The notes under the pieces were generated by a model. The model was given only the letters and a program-made list of their open reading frames with translations, had not been told where the DNA came from and did no database searches. From Candidatus Latescibacterota bacterium (GTDB lineage Bacteria; Latescibacterota; UBA2968; UBA8231), in contig CBDCSU010000005.1 of NCBI GenBank assembly GCA_965221775.1, positions 1,120,001-1,184,000 on the forward strand: DNA of 64,000 bases, written 5' to 3'. The translations under genes and the position numbers were made by a program. Shown here one piece after another: positions 9,004-16,763 of the stretch (position 1 is the first letter of the stretch; the number at the start of each line of letters is the position of its first letter).

Positions 9004-10076
9004 TCGACCAGACTCTCCGCTTCGGCTGGACCCCGACCGGGTCCTGTCATGAGGTCTGGCACAACCTGGGTCACTCGGGCGTAGGTAATGCCGTCGGCGT
9101 ACTCCGTCCGGTCGAAGACCACCGGGTCAAAGGGCTGCCCGATGAGGACATTGGCGCCCGTGTCGGCCGGTCGCAGTCCGAGCCGCTTGATGGCCTCTTC
9201 GGGATTTCCGGCATAGACGACAGCAGTCCGCGGCTCGGCTACAGGAGCGTAGCGGACCGCGGCAAAGGATCCGGTGACCGCGTAGGTCAGGTCCAAGTCG
9301 CGCAGCTTGTCGAAGAGCCTCGGCAACCCTCGAGGCTCAAGGCAGGGAGTCATCCGGTTGGCTTTGGGGAACTCATAGTCAAGGGCCCATCGCTGCAGCA
9401 GCCGTTCCCAATCAACCGAGACTATGGCCTTCCTGGGGGCTTCTCGCTCGATAATGCCGTCTCGGTCGAGCAGGTCGGCCACACGCGAGATCGAAGCGGG
9501 AGCGTTCGCGGTCAGGGTAGCCAGCTCACGGGTGCCGAAAGGAGGGCGATAGTCCAGGAAAGCGCGCACCACCCGCCCGCTGCGCCGTCCCTGGAGTGAA
9601 CGCAGACGGACTTTCTCTCGCCAAGGATTTCGGACTGCTCCCTGGGTCTCGATGAAGACAGCGGGCTGGTTGGTGACGAACCTGATGTTTCCCGTGGCAT
9701 CGGCGTAGCTGATGCCCGCTTCGGCCAATCTCTCCCTGGCTGAAGGCCCCAGGAAGGGTGCGACGATCATGAAGGTCAGGTTGTCGGACCCCAGGACCTC
9801 TCTGCCCCAGGGGAGGAGGAGCCGTTGCCATTGGTCCATTAGCAAGAGGACCTGTCGCGCCTCAACCGGCCGTACCTTCACTTCAACCATGACGGTTGCC
9901 GAGACACCCTGGGAGTCCGCCAGGGAAAGGGTGGCGTCAATCTCGGTCCTCCTGGGCCACACCGTATTCTTCTTGCCGAGTCTCTTCAGCGACCATCCCG
10001 GTGGCATACGGCTGCGGAGGGCCGTCGTTGTCTCGGCCAGAAGATTTGTCTCGGAATATCCTGTGTTACGAGTCAT
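8949..10076 (-). CDS. AbiEi-like antitoxin / transcriptional regulator (DUF2186-like)
   Basis: APFLGPSARERLAEAGISYADATGN, HTH (TRELATLTANAPASISRV), LLQRWA, QVVPDLMTGPGRGPAEAE. The ORF-track N-terminal extension to 10691 looks spurious. Confidence 0.78.
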   Translation of the reverse strand: MTRNTGYSETNLLAETTTALRSRMPPGWSLKRLGKKNTVWPRRTEIDATLSLADSQGVSATVMVEVKVRPVEARQVLLLMDQWQRLLLPWGREVLGSDNLTFMIVAPFLGPSARERLAEAGISYADATGNIRFVTNQPAVFIETQGAVRNPWREKVRLRSLQGRRSGRVVRAFLDYRPPFGTRELATLTANAPASISRVADLLDRDGIIEREAPRKAIVSVDWERLLQRWALDYEFPKANRMTPCLEPRGLPRLFDKLRDLDLTYAVTGSFAAVRYAPVAEPRTAVVYAGNPEEAIKRLGLRPADTGANVLIGQPFDPVVFDRTEYADGITYARVTQVVPDLMTGPGRGPAEAESLVEWMRSTEELWRLPLMQTT

Positions 10077-10083
10077 ATGGAAC

Positions 10084-10112
10084 ACTGTAAAAAGTGAAAC
10101 GGATACTGTCAA
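10084..10112 (-). promoter_or_regulatory. sigma70 promoter, probably giving a leaderless abiEi transcript
   Basis: TTGACA-17 nt-TACAGT, then 7 nt to ATG 10076. Confidence 0.7.
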
Positions 10113-10134
10113 GCGCCGCTCTTGTCGGGACTGA

Positions 10135-10205
10135 CCCAGGGTGTGATCCGGGTCCGTGCCGTCCCGCACGGCCTCCCTCAGGCCGGCGATGACGGCGAAG
10201 CCGTG
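10135..10205 (-). pseudogene. Duplicated PhyH 5' fragment, part 2
   Basis: HGFAVI-AGLREAVRDGTDPDHTLG aligns with 7939-8036, with an internal deletion. Confidence 0.85.
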
Positions 10206-10258
10206 GCGCGACAGTGTCCAGGGGCATCGCCGGGAGTGGCCTGCCGCGCCCGACCTGC

Positions 10259-10711
10259 TCAGTGGAGCCCCTTCGACTTGAGCTCGCCCCACGACATGGA
10301 CGAGACCGCGGTCACCGGGACGTCCCCCTCGCCTGCTACCTTGAGGATGTTGGCGCTGGCCCACTTCTTCGCCACGCCATCGACGACGACATCGGCCACA
10401 AGGCGGTATTCTCCGGGCTCCGTGGGGATGTATCCGCAGGCGCCGCCGGTCGTTCTTGTTCCCGCGACATCGTTCCACTCTTCGTCCTCGCTCCCTCGCC
10501 TCTGCCACCTGGACTCGACGATGGAAAACGATCCGGTGATGAGGGAAATGCACTCGGCCTCCCCCGAAGTGAGGACTCTGACTTTCCCATCCTCGGTCAC
10601 GGTGACCTCGTCCACGGGCATGTAGTCGTCCGCCAGGGCGGCGGATGCGAGGCCGACAGTCGGCAAGGCGGACAGCGCGAGCATGAAGCACTTCCTCCTG
10701 ACCCGATGCAT
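10259..10711 (-). CDS. Secreted hypothetical protein (Ig-like) with C-terminal TAV..SWGxxK motif
   Basis: Signal peptide ending ALA-DD; PGEYRLV; C-terminus PVTAVSSMSWGELKSKGLH. RBS AGGAG. Confidence 0.7.
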   Translation of the reverse strand: MHRVRRKCFMLALSALPTVGLASAALADDYMPVDEVTVTEDGKVRVLTSGEAECISLITGSFSIVESRWQRRGSEDEEWNDVAGTRTTGGACGYIPTEPGEYRLVADVVVDGVAKKWASANILKVAGEGDVPVTAVSSMSWGELKSKGLH

Positions 10712-10752
10712 GGTCCTTCTCCTGTGAGAGGGTGAGGTTCGCCCTTCCTCAG

Positions 10753-10767
10753 GCAAGGACCGTGCCA
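10753..10767 (-). promoter_or_regulatory. Putative sigma54 (-24/-12) promoter
   Basis: TGGCACGGTCCTTGC (GG-N10-GC) about 40 nt upstream of ATG 10711. Confidence 0.6.
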
Positions 10768-10883
10768 CCCCGATGCCCCCCGAAACGGGGCCGGGCGGCG
10801 GCCGTCAGGATGAACGCTGGCGGACACTTGGCAGCCCGATCGAGCGCCATCGAACACTCTGGTCGGGTTCGCGGCGTGGGAGG

Positions 10884-10916
10884 GGCCGAAGGCTCCCCTG
10901 GGGGCTGCCTTCGGCC
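10884..10916. other. GC-rich hairpin / inverted repeat
   Basis: GGCCGAAGGC-N13-GCCTTCGGCC, perfect 10-bp stem; possible terminator after the PHP gene or an activator site. Confidence 0.45.
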
Positions 10917-10931
10917 ACGAACTGCAGAACG

Positions 10932-10981
10932 GGCAGGCCGACATCGCGTCGAGCTCTCCCGGGGAGATGGCCTCGGTCATC
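10932..10981 (-). pseudogene. Duplicated PhyH 5' fragment, part 1
   Basis: MTEAI-SPGELDAMSAC aligns with 8045-8127 (MTETI...SLGELDAMSEC), with a ~33 bp deletion. Confidence 0.85.
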
Positions 10982-10996
10982 AGTGATCCTCCGCTG

Positions 10997-11881
10997 CTAC
11001 CACCCGTTCGCATCCCGCAGCCGCTCCCACTGTTCCCATTCGAGGCCGGCTTCGCCGAGGCGGTTCTTTCTGCTCTCGCCGTGGTAGTCGCTGCCGCCCG
11101 TGGCGAACAGGCCGTGGCGTTCCGCGACCCCGGCGAAACGGGGAATCAGCTCATCGGCCTCGCCTCCCCCGGCCTCTGATCCATAGGGATAGGACACCTC
11201 CAGACCGTCGAGGCCGGCCTCGGCCATCCGGCGCACGGCATCGTCGAGATCGCGCACGCGATGGTAGACGCCGGGGTGAGCCAGCACCGCCTTGCCGCCC
11301 GCCGCGTGGATCAGCTCGATGGCGTCCTCCACCTTCAGACTGAAGCGGCGCGGCACCCAGACGGAGTCCTGGGCGTCGGGAGCCAGGTACTGTTCGAACA
11401 CGTCATCGATGGAGGAGAACCGGCCCGGATTGTGCTGGATGGCGATCTGCGCGATGTGGGGACGGCCGGGGACTCCGTCGCCGGCCAGATCCATCAAGTC
11501 CTGCTCCGGCACGTGCAGTCCGTAGTCGTGGAGGCGCCTGACCTGGCGGATCTTCTGCTCGATCCGGCTCTCGATCACCTCCTTCAACGTCTCCAGCAGC
11601 GTCGGATCGTCCGGGTCGATGCCGTATCCCAGGATGTGGATGTCCAGGAAGTCCCGCTCCTCCTCCTTGGTCGTGCTCAACTCGATGGCCGGGAGCACGT
11701 GCACACCCGCATCTGCGCCGGCGGCGCTGGCCGCGGCCACGCCGCGAACGCTGTCGTGGTCCGTCACGGCCAGCACGCGGATGCCGAGGGCGGCCGCCTT
11801 GGCCACCAGCTCTTCCGGGGTGTCCGTGCCGTCGGAGAACTTCGTGTGGGTCTGCAGGTCCACGGGAAAGGTGCGATTCAT
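10997..11881 (-). CDS. PHP-domain phosphoesterase (TrpH/YciV-like)
   Basis: DLQTHTKFSDG, AVTDHD, HILGY, GRPHIA, LAHP, GGSDYHG. Confidence 0.9.
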   Translation of the reverse strand: MNRTFPVDLQTHTKFSDGTDTPEELVAKAAALGIRVLAVTDHDSVRGVAAASAAGADAGVHVLPAIELSTTKEEERDFLDIHILGYGIDPDDPTLLETLKEVIESRIEQKIRQVRRLHDYGLHVPEQDLMDLAGDGVPGRPHIAQIAIQHNPGRFSSIDDVFEQYLAPDAQDSVWVPRRFSLKVEDAIELIHAAGGKAVLAHPGVYHRVRDLDDAVRRMAEAGLDGLEVSYPYGSEAGGGEADELIPRFAGVAERHGLFATGGSDYHGESRKNRLGEAGLEWEQWERLRDANGW

Positions 11882-13050
11882 GAGCGGTCCAGCTCCCAGA
11901 TGGGGAAGTTGAAGGGGAACACCTGGCCCAGAAGGTCGGCCGCCCTCGCGGGCAGGTCCAACGGCTCGCAGGAGGAGTGGCCGCCGAAGACCAGCTGCAC
12001 CATCTGCCGCTCCGTCAGCGCAACCCTCTCCGCGGCCGGATCGGCGTCGAAGCCGACCTCCCCTCCGCCGAACCCCACGGTGACGCGCTCGCCGGTATCC
12101 GTGCACTCCAGCGAGACCGCGCCCGACACACCGTCCGAGCGCGAGCGCAGGTGGCCCTCGATGCTTCGGAGCAGCAACTCCAGGCTGTTGATGCGGATCA
12201 TCTGCGATCCGACCCCGGAGCCGCGCTCGATCTCCTGCCGCGTCGATCCCACGCGGGCGGCGAGCAGGTCACCGAGCACCGTGGGCTTCAGCCTCGTCAC
12301 CGCCTGCACCGGCGCGTGCGTCCTCACCGCCTCGGCCGCCAGGGCTTCCACCGCCGCGGCGCTTCCCCCGGCCTCGTTCAGGCCCGGCTTGTTCCTCCCC
12401 GATCCCACGCACAGGTAGCCGGCCACCTCGCCGCCGGCCAGGGCCAGCCGCGTGCTGATCTTCGGGAGGGTCAGCAGGGCGGCGTACTCCTCCCTGTCGC
12501 GGGCGACGCGCCAAGGTTCCGCGTCGTGGAAGCGGATGACGGCGTCGAGGTGCTCATCCCTGCCTGCGTCGAAGGGGACGATCTCGAACTCCCCGCGCTC
12601 GAAGAGCGCTTCGTCACCGGGAGCAAGGGTGTAGACCCACCCCTGGTTGGCCACCGCCTCCCAGCCGGACTGGTGGTAGAAGGGGAAGGTGGCGGGCACC
12701 GTCCACAGGACGGAGACGGGCCAGCCGTTTTCCTTCATGATGCGCACACAGTCGCGCAGGCAGCGCGTGGCGTAGCCCCTGCGGCGGTGGTCGGGATGGG
12801 TGACGGTGGGGCTGATGATGCCGGCGGTGAATGTGTCCCCGCCGGCGATGATCTTGCGCGGCGCCACCGGCACGTGGGCCACCACTTGGCCCGCCACCTT
12901 GAGGATGCGCATGTAGCGCAACCCGCGGTCGTTGAAGATCAGGGGGTAGTCGGTGCGGATGTCCTGGTCGGAGCCGGCGCGGAAGACGGAGTTGATGAGG
13001 GCGAGGGTTTCGTCGAACTCCTCGGGCCTGCAGGCGCGGGGTCCTTCCAT
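11878..13050 (-). CDS. GNAT N-acetyltransferase (Eis-like, with SCP2-like C-terminus)
   Basis: VTHPDHRRRGYAT, PFYHQSGW. ATG 13050 overlaps the upstream stop. Confidence 0.82.
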   Translation of the reverse strand: MEGPRACRPEEFDETLALINSVFRAGSDQDIRTDYPLIFNDRGLRYMRILKVAGQVVAHVPVAPRKIIAGGDTFTAGIISPTVTHPDHRRRGYATRCLRDCVRIMKENGWPVSVLWTVPATFPFYHQSGWEAVANQGWVYTLAPGDEALFERGEFEIVPFDAGRDEHLDAVIRFHDAEPWRVARDREEYAALLTLPKISTRLALAGGEVAGYLCVGSGRNKPGLNEAGGSAAAVEALAAEAVRTHAPVQAVTRLKPTVLGDLLAARVGSTRQEIERGSGVGSQMIRINSLELLLRSIEGHLRSRSDGVSGAVSLECTDTGERVTVGFGGGEVGFDADPAAERVALTERQMVQLVFGGHSSCEPLDLPARAADLLGQVFPFNFPIWELDRS

Positions 13051-14612
13051 CAGCCGCCGTGCCGGGCCCAGTCCGGCAGCACCCCGGCTTCGATCCCGAA
13101 CAGGTGCGGGCCCATGAAGCTGAAGATGAGAGTGATCACCACGGCCCCCACAAGATTGAGGACGACGCCGACTCGCGCCATCTCGGAGATCCTCACCCGG
13201 TCGCTGCCGAAGACGACGGCGTTGGGGGGCGTGGCCACGGGCATCATGAAGGCGCACGAGGCCGAGAGCGTGGCGGGGATCATGAGCAGCAGCGGGTGCA
13301 GGCCCGTGGCGACGGCCACGGCGGCGAAGATGGGCAGCACCATCTCGGTGGTGGCGGTGTTCGAGGTGAGCTCGGTGAGGAAGGTGATGGAGAGGCAGAT
13401 GACGAGGATGAGGACGACGGGCGGCACCGAGCCGAGGCCGCTGAAGCCGCCGCCGATGAAGCGGGCCAGTCCGGTGATCTGGAAGCCATGGGCGAGGGCG
13501 AAGCCGCCCCCGAAGAGGAGGACGATGTTCCACGGCAGCCCGCGCACCACGTCGGGACCCATCAGCGTCCGGGACTGCGCGCCGGGAGAGCGGGCCGGCA
13601 CCAGGAAGAGGAGGCAGGCCATGGTGATGGCCACGGTGCCGTCGTCGATCAGGTGGCCGAAGGGCAGCAGGCCGGACCAGCCGGGGATGGTGAGCCCCCC
13701 GATCACGATGGGGGCGCGGAAGACCCAGAGCACGGCGGTGGCGGCGAAGACGGCGAGGATCACCCGCTCCTCGAAGCGGACCTCCCCGAGCTTGCGCGCC
13801 TCCGACTCCAGGACCTCGCGGTCGACGGTGACCTCCCGCGGGATGCGGAAGAAGACCTGCGTGATCAGCGCCCAGGCGCAGGCCAGCATGATCAGCGTGA
13901 TCGGCGCCGCCATGACAAACCACACGCCGAAGGAGATGTGGGGCGCCTCCGGGAAGGTGATCTGGAAGATCCGTTGCAGCGAGAGGTTCGGCGGCGTGCC
14001 CACGAGCGTGGCGATGCCCCCCGCCGAGCAGGCGTAGGCGATGCCGTGCATGACCGCCACCGAGAAGGCGCGGGTCCGCTCCCGGCCGAACTGCTCCTCC
14101 ATCCGCAGGATCACGGCGAGACCCACCGGGAGCATCATGATCGCCGTGGCCGTGTTGGAGATCCACATGGATAGGAAGGCCGCGGCGAGCATGAAGCCGA
14201 GCACGATCCGCGCCGGCCCTCCCCCCACCGAGCGGATGACCCACAGGGCGATCCGCCGGTGGACGTCCCACTTCTCCATGGTGAGCGCGATCATGAAGCC
14301 GCCGAGAAAGAGGACGATGGTGCTGTTGAAGTAGATCGGCGCCGTGGCGCGGGTCCGCTCGATGCCGAGGAGGGGGTAGAGGATCAGCGGCAGCAGGGCC
14401 GTGGCGTAGAGGGGGATCGCGTCGGTGATCCACCAGGTGGCCATGAGCAGGGCCACCGCCGCCATGCGCGTGACCTCGGGCTTGCCCGGCTCCAGGTCGA
14501 GGAACAGCAGGGTGAGGGCGGCCAGCAGCGGCCCCAGCCACAGGCCGATGCGCTGGCCGCGCGACCGGGGCTCGGGGGCGGCTGGCGGCTCGGGGTCGTG
14601 GGTGCTGGTCAC
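13050..14612 (-). CDS. SLC13/DASS sodium-coupled anion symporter
   Basis: SMWISNTATAIMM, TLVGTPPN, TELTSNTAT, AFMMPVATPPNA. Confidence 0.93.
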   Translation of the reverse strand: MTSTHDPEPPAAPEPRSRGQRIGLWLGPLLAALTLLFLDLEPGKPEVTRMAAVALLMATWWITDAIPLYATALLPLILYPLLGIERTRATAPIYFNSTIVLFLGGFMIALTMEKWDVHRRIALWVIRSVGGGPARIVLGFMLAAAFLSMWISNTATAIMMLPVGLAVILRMEEQFGRERTRAFSVAVMHGIAYACSAGGIATLVGTPPNLSLQRIFQITFPEAPHISFGVWFVMAAPITLIMLACAWALITQVFFRIPREVTVDREVLESEARKLGEVRFEERVILAVFAATAVLWVFRAPIVIGGLTIPGWSGLLPFGHLIDDGTVAITMACLLFLVPARSPGAQSRTLMGPDVVRGLPWNIVLLFGGGFALAHGFQITGLARFIGGGFSGLGSVPPVVLILVICLSITFLTELTSNTATTEMVLPIFAAVAVATGLHPLLLMIPATLSASCAFMMPVATPPNAVVFGSDRVRISEMARVGVVLNLVGAVVITLIFSFMGPHLFGIEAGVLPDWARHGG

Positions 14613-14621
14613 GGGGCGGGG

Positions 14622-15422
14622 CTACGCCTGGTAGATGACCGGATTCCGCTCGGGGTCGTCGATGAAGGCGGTGAGCCCGGCGCGGCGGCCGTCCACTGGG
14701 GCCGAGTTCTCCGTGCGCATGTGGATGGCCAGGCTGCGGCGGGGACCGGCCGAGCGGTTGGGACCGCTGCCGTGGAAGGTGAGGCAGTCGTGGAAGCTGG
14801 CGCCGCCCGGCGGCAGCAGGGCCGGCACCTCCTCCCAGGATTGGCCATCGGGCACCGGAATGGCGGCTCGCTGGTCGTCGAGGTCCTGGCGGTGGAAGCC
14901 GCCGTCGTCGAGCAGGCCCCATCCATGCGAACCGCGCACGAAGCGCATGGGGCCGGCCTCGGCGGTCACGTCGCTCAGGGCCACCCAGGCGGTGAACAGC
15001 TCGCTGCCCTCCTCCCACGCCCGCCAGTAGTGGCGGTCCTGGTGCCAGCCGATGTTGAGCTCGGCCTCCCCTTCTTCGGGCTGGGGCGGCTTGTAGAGCA
15101 GCTGCGTCCACCACACCTGCACCATGCGCGCCCCGGTGACGCGGGCGGCCCACCGGCCCAGGTCGGGATGGCTCACGAGGGCGCGAATCCCGAGGTCGGC
15201 CTGCTGGGGCAGCTCGATCTTGCACAGCTCGTTCGGGTCGTCCCCCGGGTTCCAGCGCGAGTGCTGGGGCGGCTGCCCGGCGTCGTAGCGTCCCTCGCGC
15301 ACGGCGTCCATGCCGGCGACGGCGGCCTGCACGACGTCAGAGGGCAGAACGGGGTCCGGGGCGATGTAGAAGCCGTCGGTGCGGTACTGCTGCTGGATGG
15401 TGCTGGCTGTGGCCTCGATCAT
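14622..15422 (-). CDS. PhyH-family dioxygenase
   Basis: YRTDGF, WHQD, TAWVALSD, GPMRFVRGSH, HGSGPNRS. Confidence 0.88.
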   Translation of the reverse strand: MIEATASTIQQQYRTDGFYIAPDPVLPSDVVQAAVAGMDAVREGRYDAGQPPQHSRWNPGDDPNELCKIELPQQADLGIRALVSHPDLGRWAARVTGARMVQVWWTQLLYKPPQPEEGEAELNIGWHQDRHYWRAWEEGSELFTAWVALSDVTAEAGPMRFVRGSHGWGLLDDGGFHRQDLDDQRAAIPVPDGQSWEEVPALLPPGGASFHDCLTFHGSGPNRSAGPRRSLAIHMRTENSAPVDGRRAGLTAFIDDPERNPVIYQA

Positions 15423-15534
15423 GGCGGCAGAACATAGGGCCTGCTCCGGCCGGTACCACCACTCCCGCGGCACCCGACGCTCGGCAGGCATCCGGCTTGT
15501 CCGGGGCCACCGGCCACCGTAGCGTCCGTCCCCA

Positions 15535-16437
15535 ATGACCTTCTACGTAGCCGCGTACGACACCGAGGCCGTCTATCCCTGGTGGGAAACCGGTCAGCCG
15601 GGCATGACCTACGAAGGCGCCCGCCTCGACGAGTGCCTCGACGGCGTGCGCGCCGTCGCCGAGGTCCACCTGCGGCACCGGGCGCCGGCGACCTTCTTCA
15701 TCGTCGGCCGCCTCGCCCAGGCCGCGGGGGCCCGGCTGCGGGAGATCCTCGACCACGACCTGTTCGAGCTGGAGTCCCACAGCTCCACCCACCAGAACAT
15801 GCTCGCCATCCGTGACGATGGCGCGGCGGTGCGCCGCGAGCTGGTCGACTCCAAGGCCGTCGTCGAGGACCTCTTCGGACGCGAGGTGATCGGCTTCACG
15901 GCGCCGGGCGGCTCCGACCGCGGATTCCTGGGGGAGACACGACTGCTGGAGGCGCTGTGGGAGGCGGGCTACCGCTACGTCCGCACCCTGAGCTGGCAGC
16001 CCGGCAACCTTGCGCCGGCGCCGCTGACCCAGCCCTTCTGGTTCGCCGACGACGGCTTCCCGAAGCTGCTGGAGATCTCCGCCCACGCCTGGCACGACAA
16101 CATCCTCACCGGCCAGCCCTCGGCGGCCGCCTGGCCTCCGGCCCTGCCCTGGGGCTATCCGGCGCGCACGCCCGCTACCGCACGGGAGGTCTACCAGGCC
16201 TACGCTCCCGGCATCGAGCACGTCCGCGACCAGGGCCTGCTCACCTATTCCCCCTGCTTCCATCCCTGGTCGATCCACCGCATCGACCGCGGCGCCGGGC
16301 AGATCGACCTGCTGCTGGACCACGCTCGCCGCGCCGGCCTGACCCTAACGTCGTGCGGCGACGTGTACCGGCTCCTGGCCGCGGAACCCCAGTTGGCCCA
16401 TCCGGCGCCGAGGTTCGCCAGCGGCCCGGGCGCCTGA
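15535..16437 (+). CDS. Polysaccharide deacetylase family protein
   Basis: AYDTE, PATFFIVG, ESHSSTH, GFTAPG, FHPW. Confidence 0.8.
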   Translation: MTFYVAAYDTEAVYPWWETGQPGMTYEGARLDECLDGVRAVAEVHLRHRAPATFFIVGRLAQAAGARLREILDHDLFELESHSSTHQNMLAIRDDGAAVRRELVDSKAVVEDLFGREVIGFTAPGGSDRGFLGETRLLEALWEAGYRYVRTLSWQPGNLAPAPLTQPFWFADDGFPKLLEISAHAWHDNILTGQPSAAAWPPALPWGYPARTPATAREVYQAYAPGIEHVRDQGLLTYSPCFHPWSIHRIDRGAGQIDLLLDHARRAGLTLTSCGDVYRLLAAEPQLAHPAPRFASGPGA

Positions 16438-16542
16438 CCCCGGATCAGGATTCGAGCTCGAAGCTTCCGGTGGTACGGCGCCAGGCCTTCGGGGAAGCAT
16501 ATTCCACTTGATTGAGATGCTCTTGTCCTCGAATCTAGCATC

Positions 16543-16738
16543 ATGAAGACCACTGTCGATATTCCCGACAACGAGCTCGAGGACCATCCGATTCACCAAG
16601 GCGAAGACCAAGCGCGAGGCCATCGTCGGCGCCGTGGCCGAGCTCACGCGCCACGCCGGCACTTGTTCGGGGCTGATCACCCCGGAGGAGCTCCAGGCCA
16701 ATAGGCGGCGGGGCGAGCTTCTGGCCTCGGTGGACTGA
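16543..16738 (+). pseudogene. VapB-like (DUF2191) antitoxin pseudogene with no toxin partner
   Basis: MKTTVDIPDNELED, frameshift at ~16584, then IRFTKAKTKREAIVGAVAELTRHAG. Confidence 0.65.
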
Positions 16739-16763
16739 CTCGGCGAGGGCTGCCCCGGGGGCC

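Noticed and set aside
5265-10981. Diversity-generating retroelement (TR/VR) explanation for the duplicated gene ends
   Set aside because: No reverse transcriptase in the window, and the differences are not adenine-specific and include indels.
16445-16510. Possible orphan gene end QVEYASPKAWRRTTGSFELES* (and GVIRIPLRD* at 20311-20340)
   Set aside because: Too short, and no parent gene in the window to support it.
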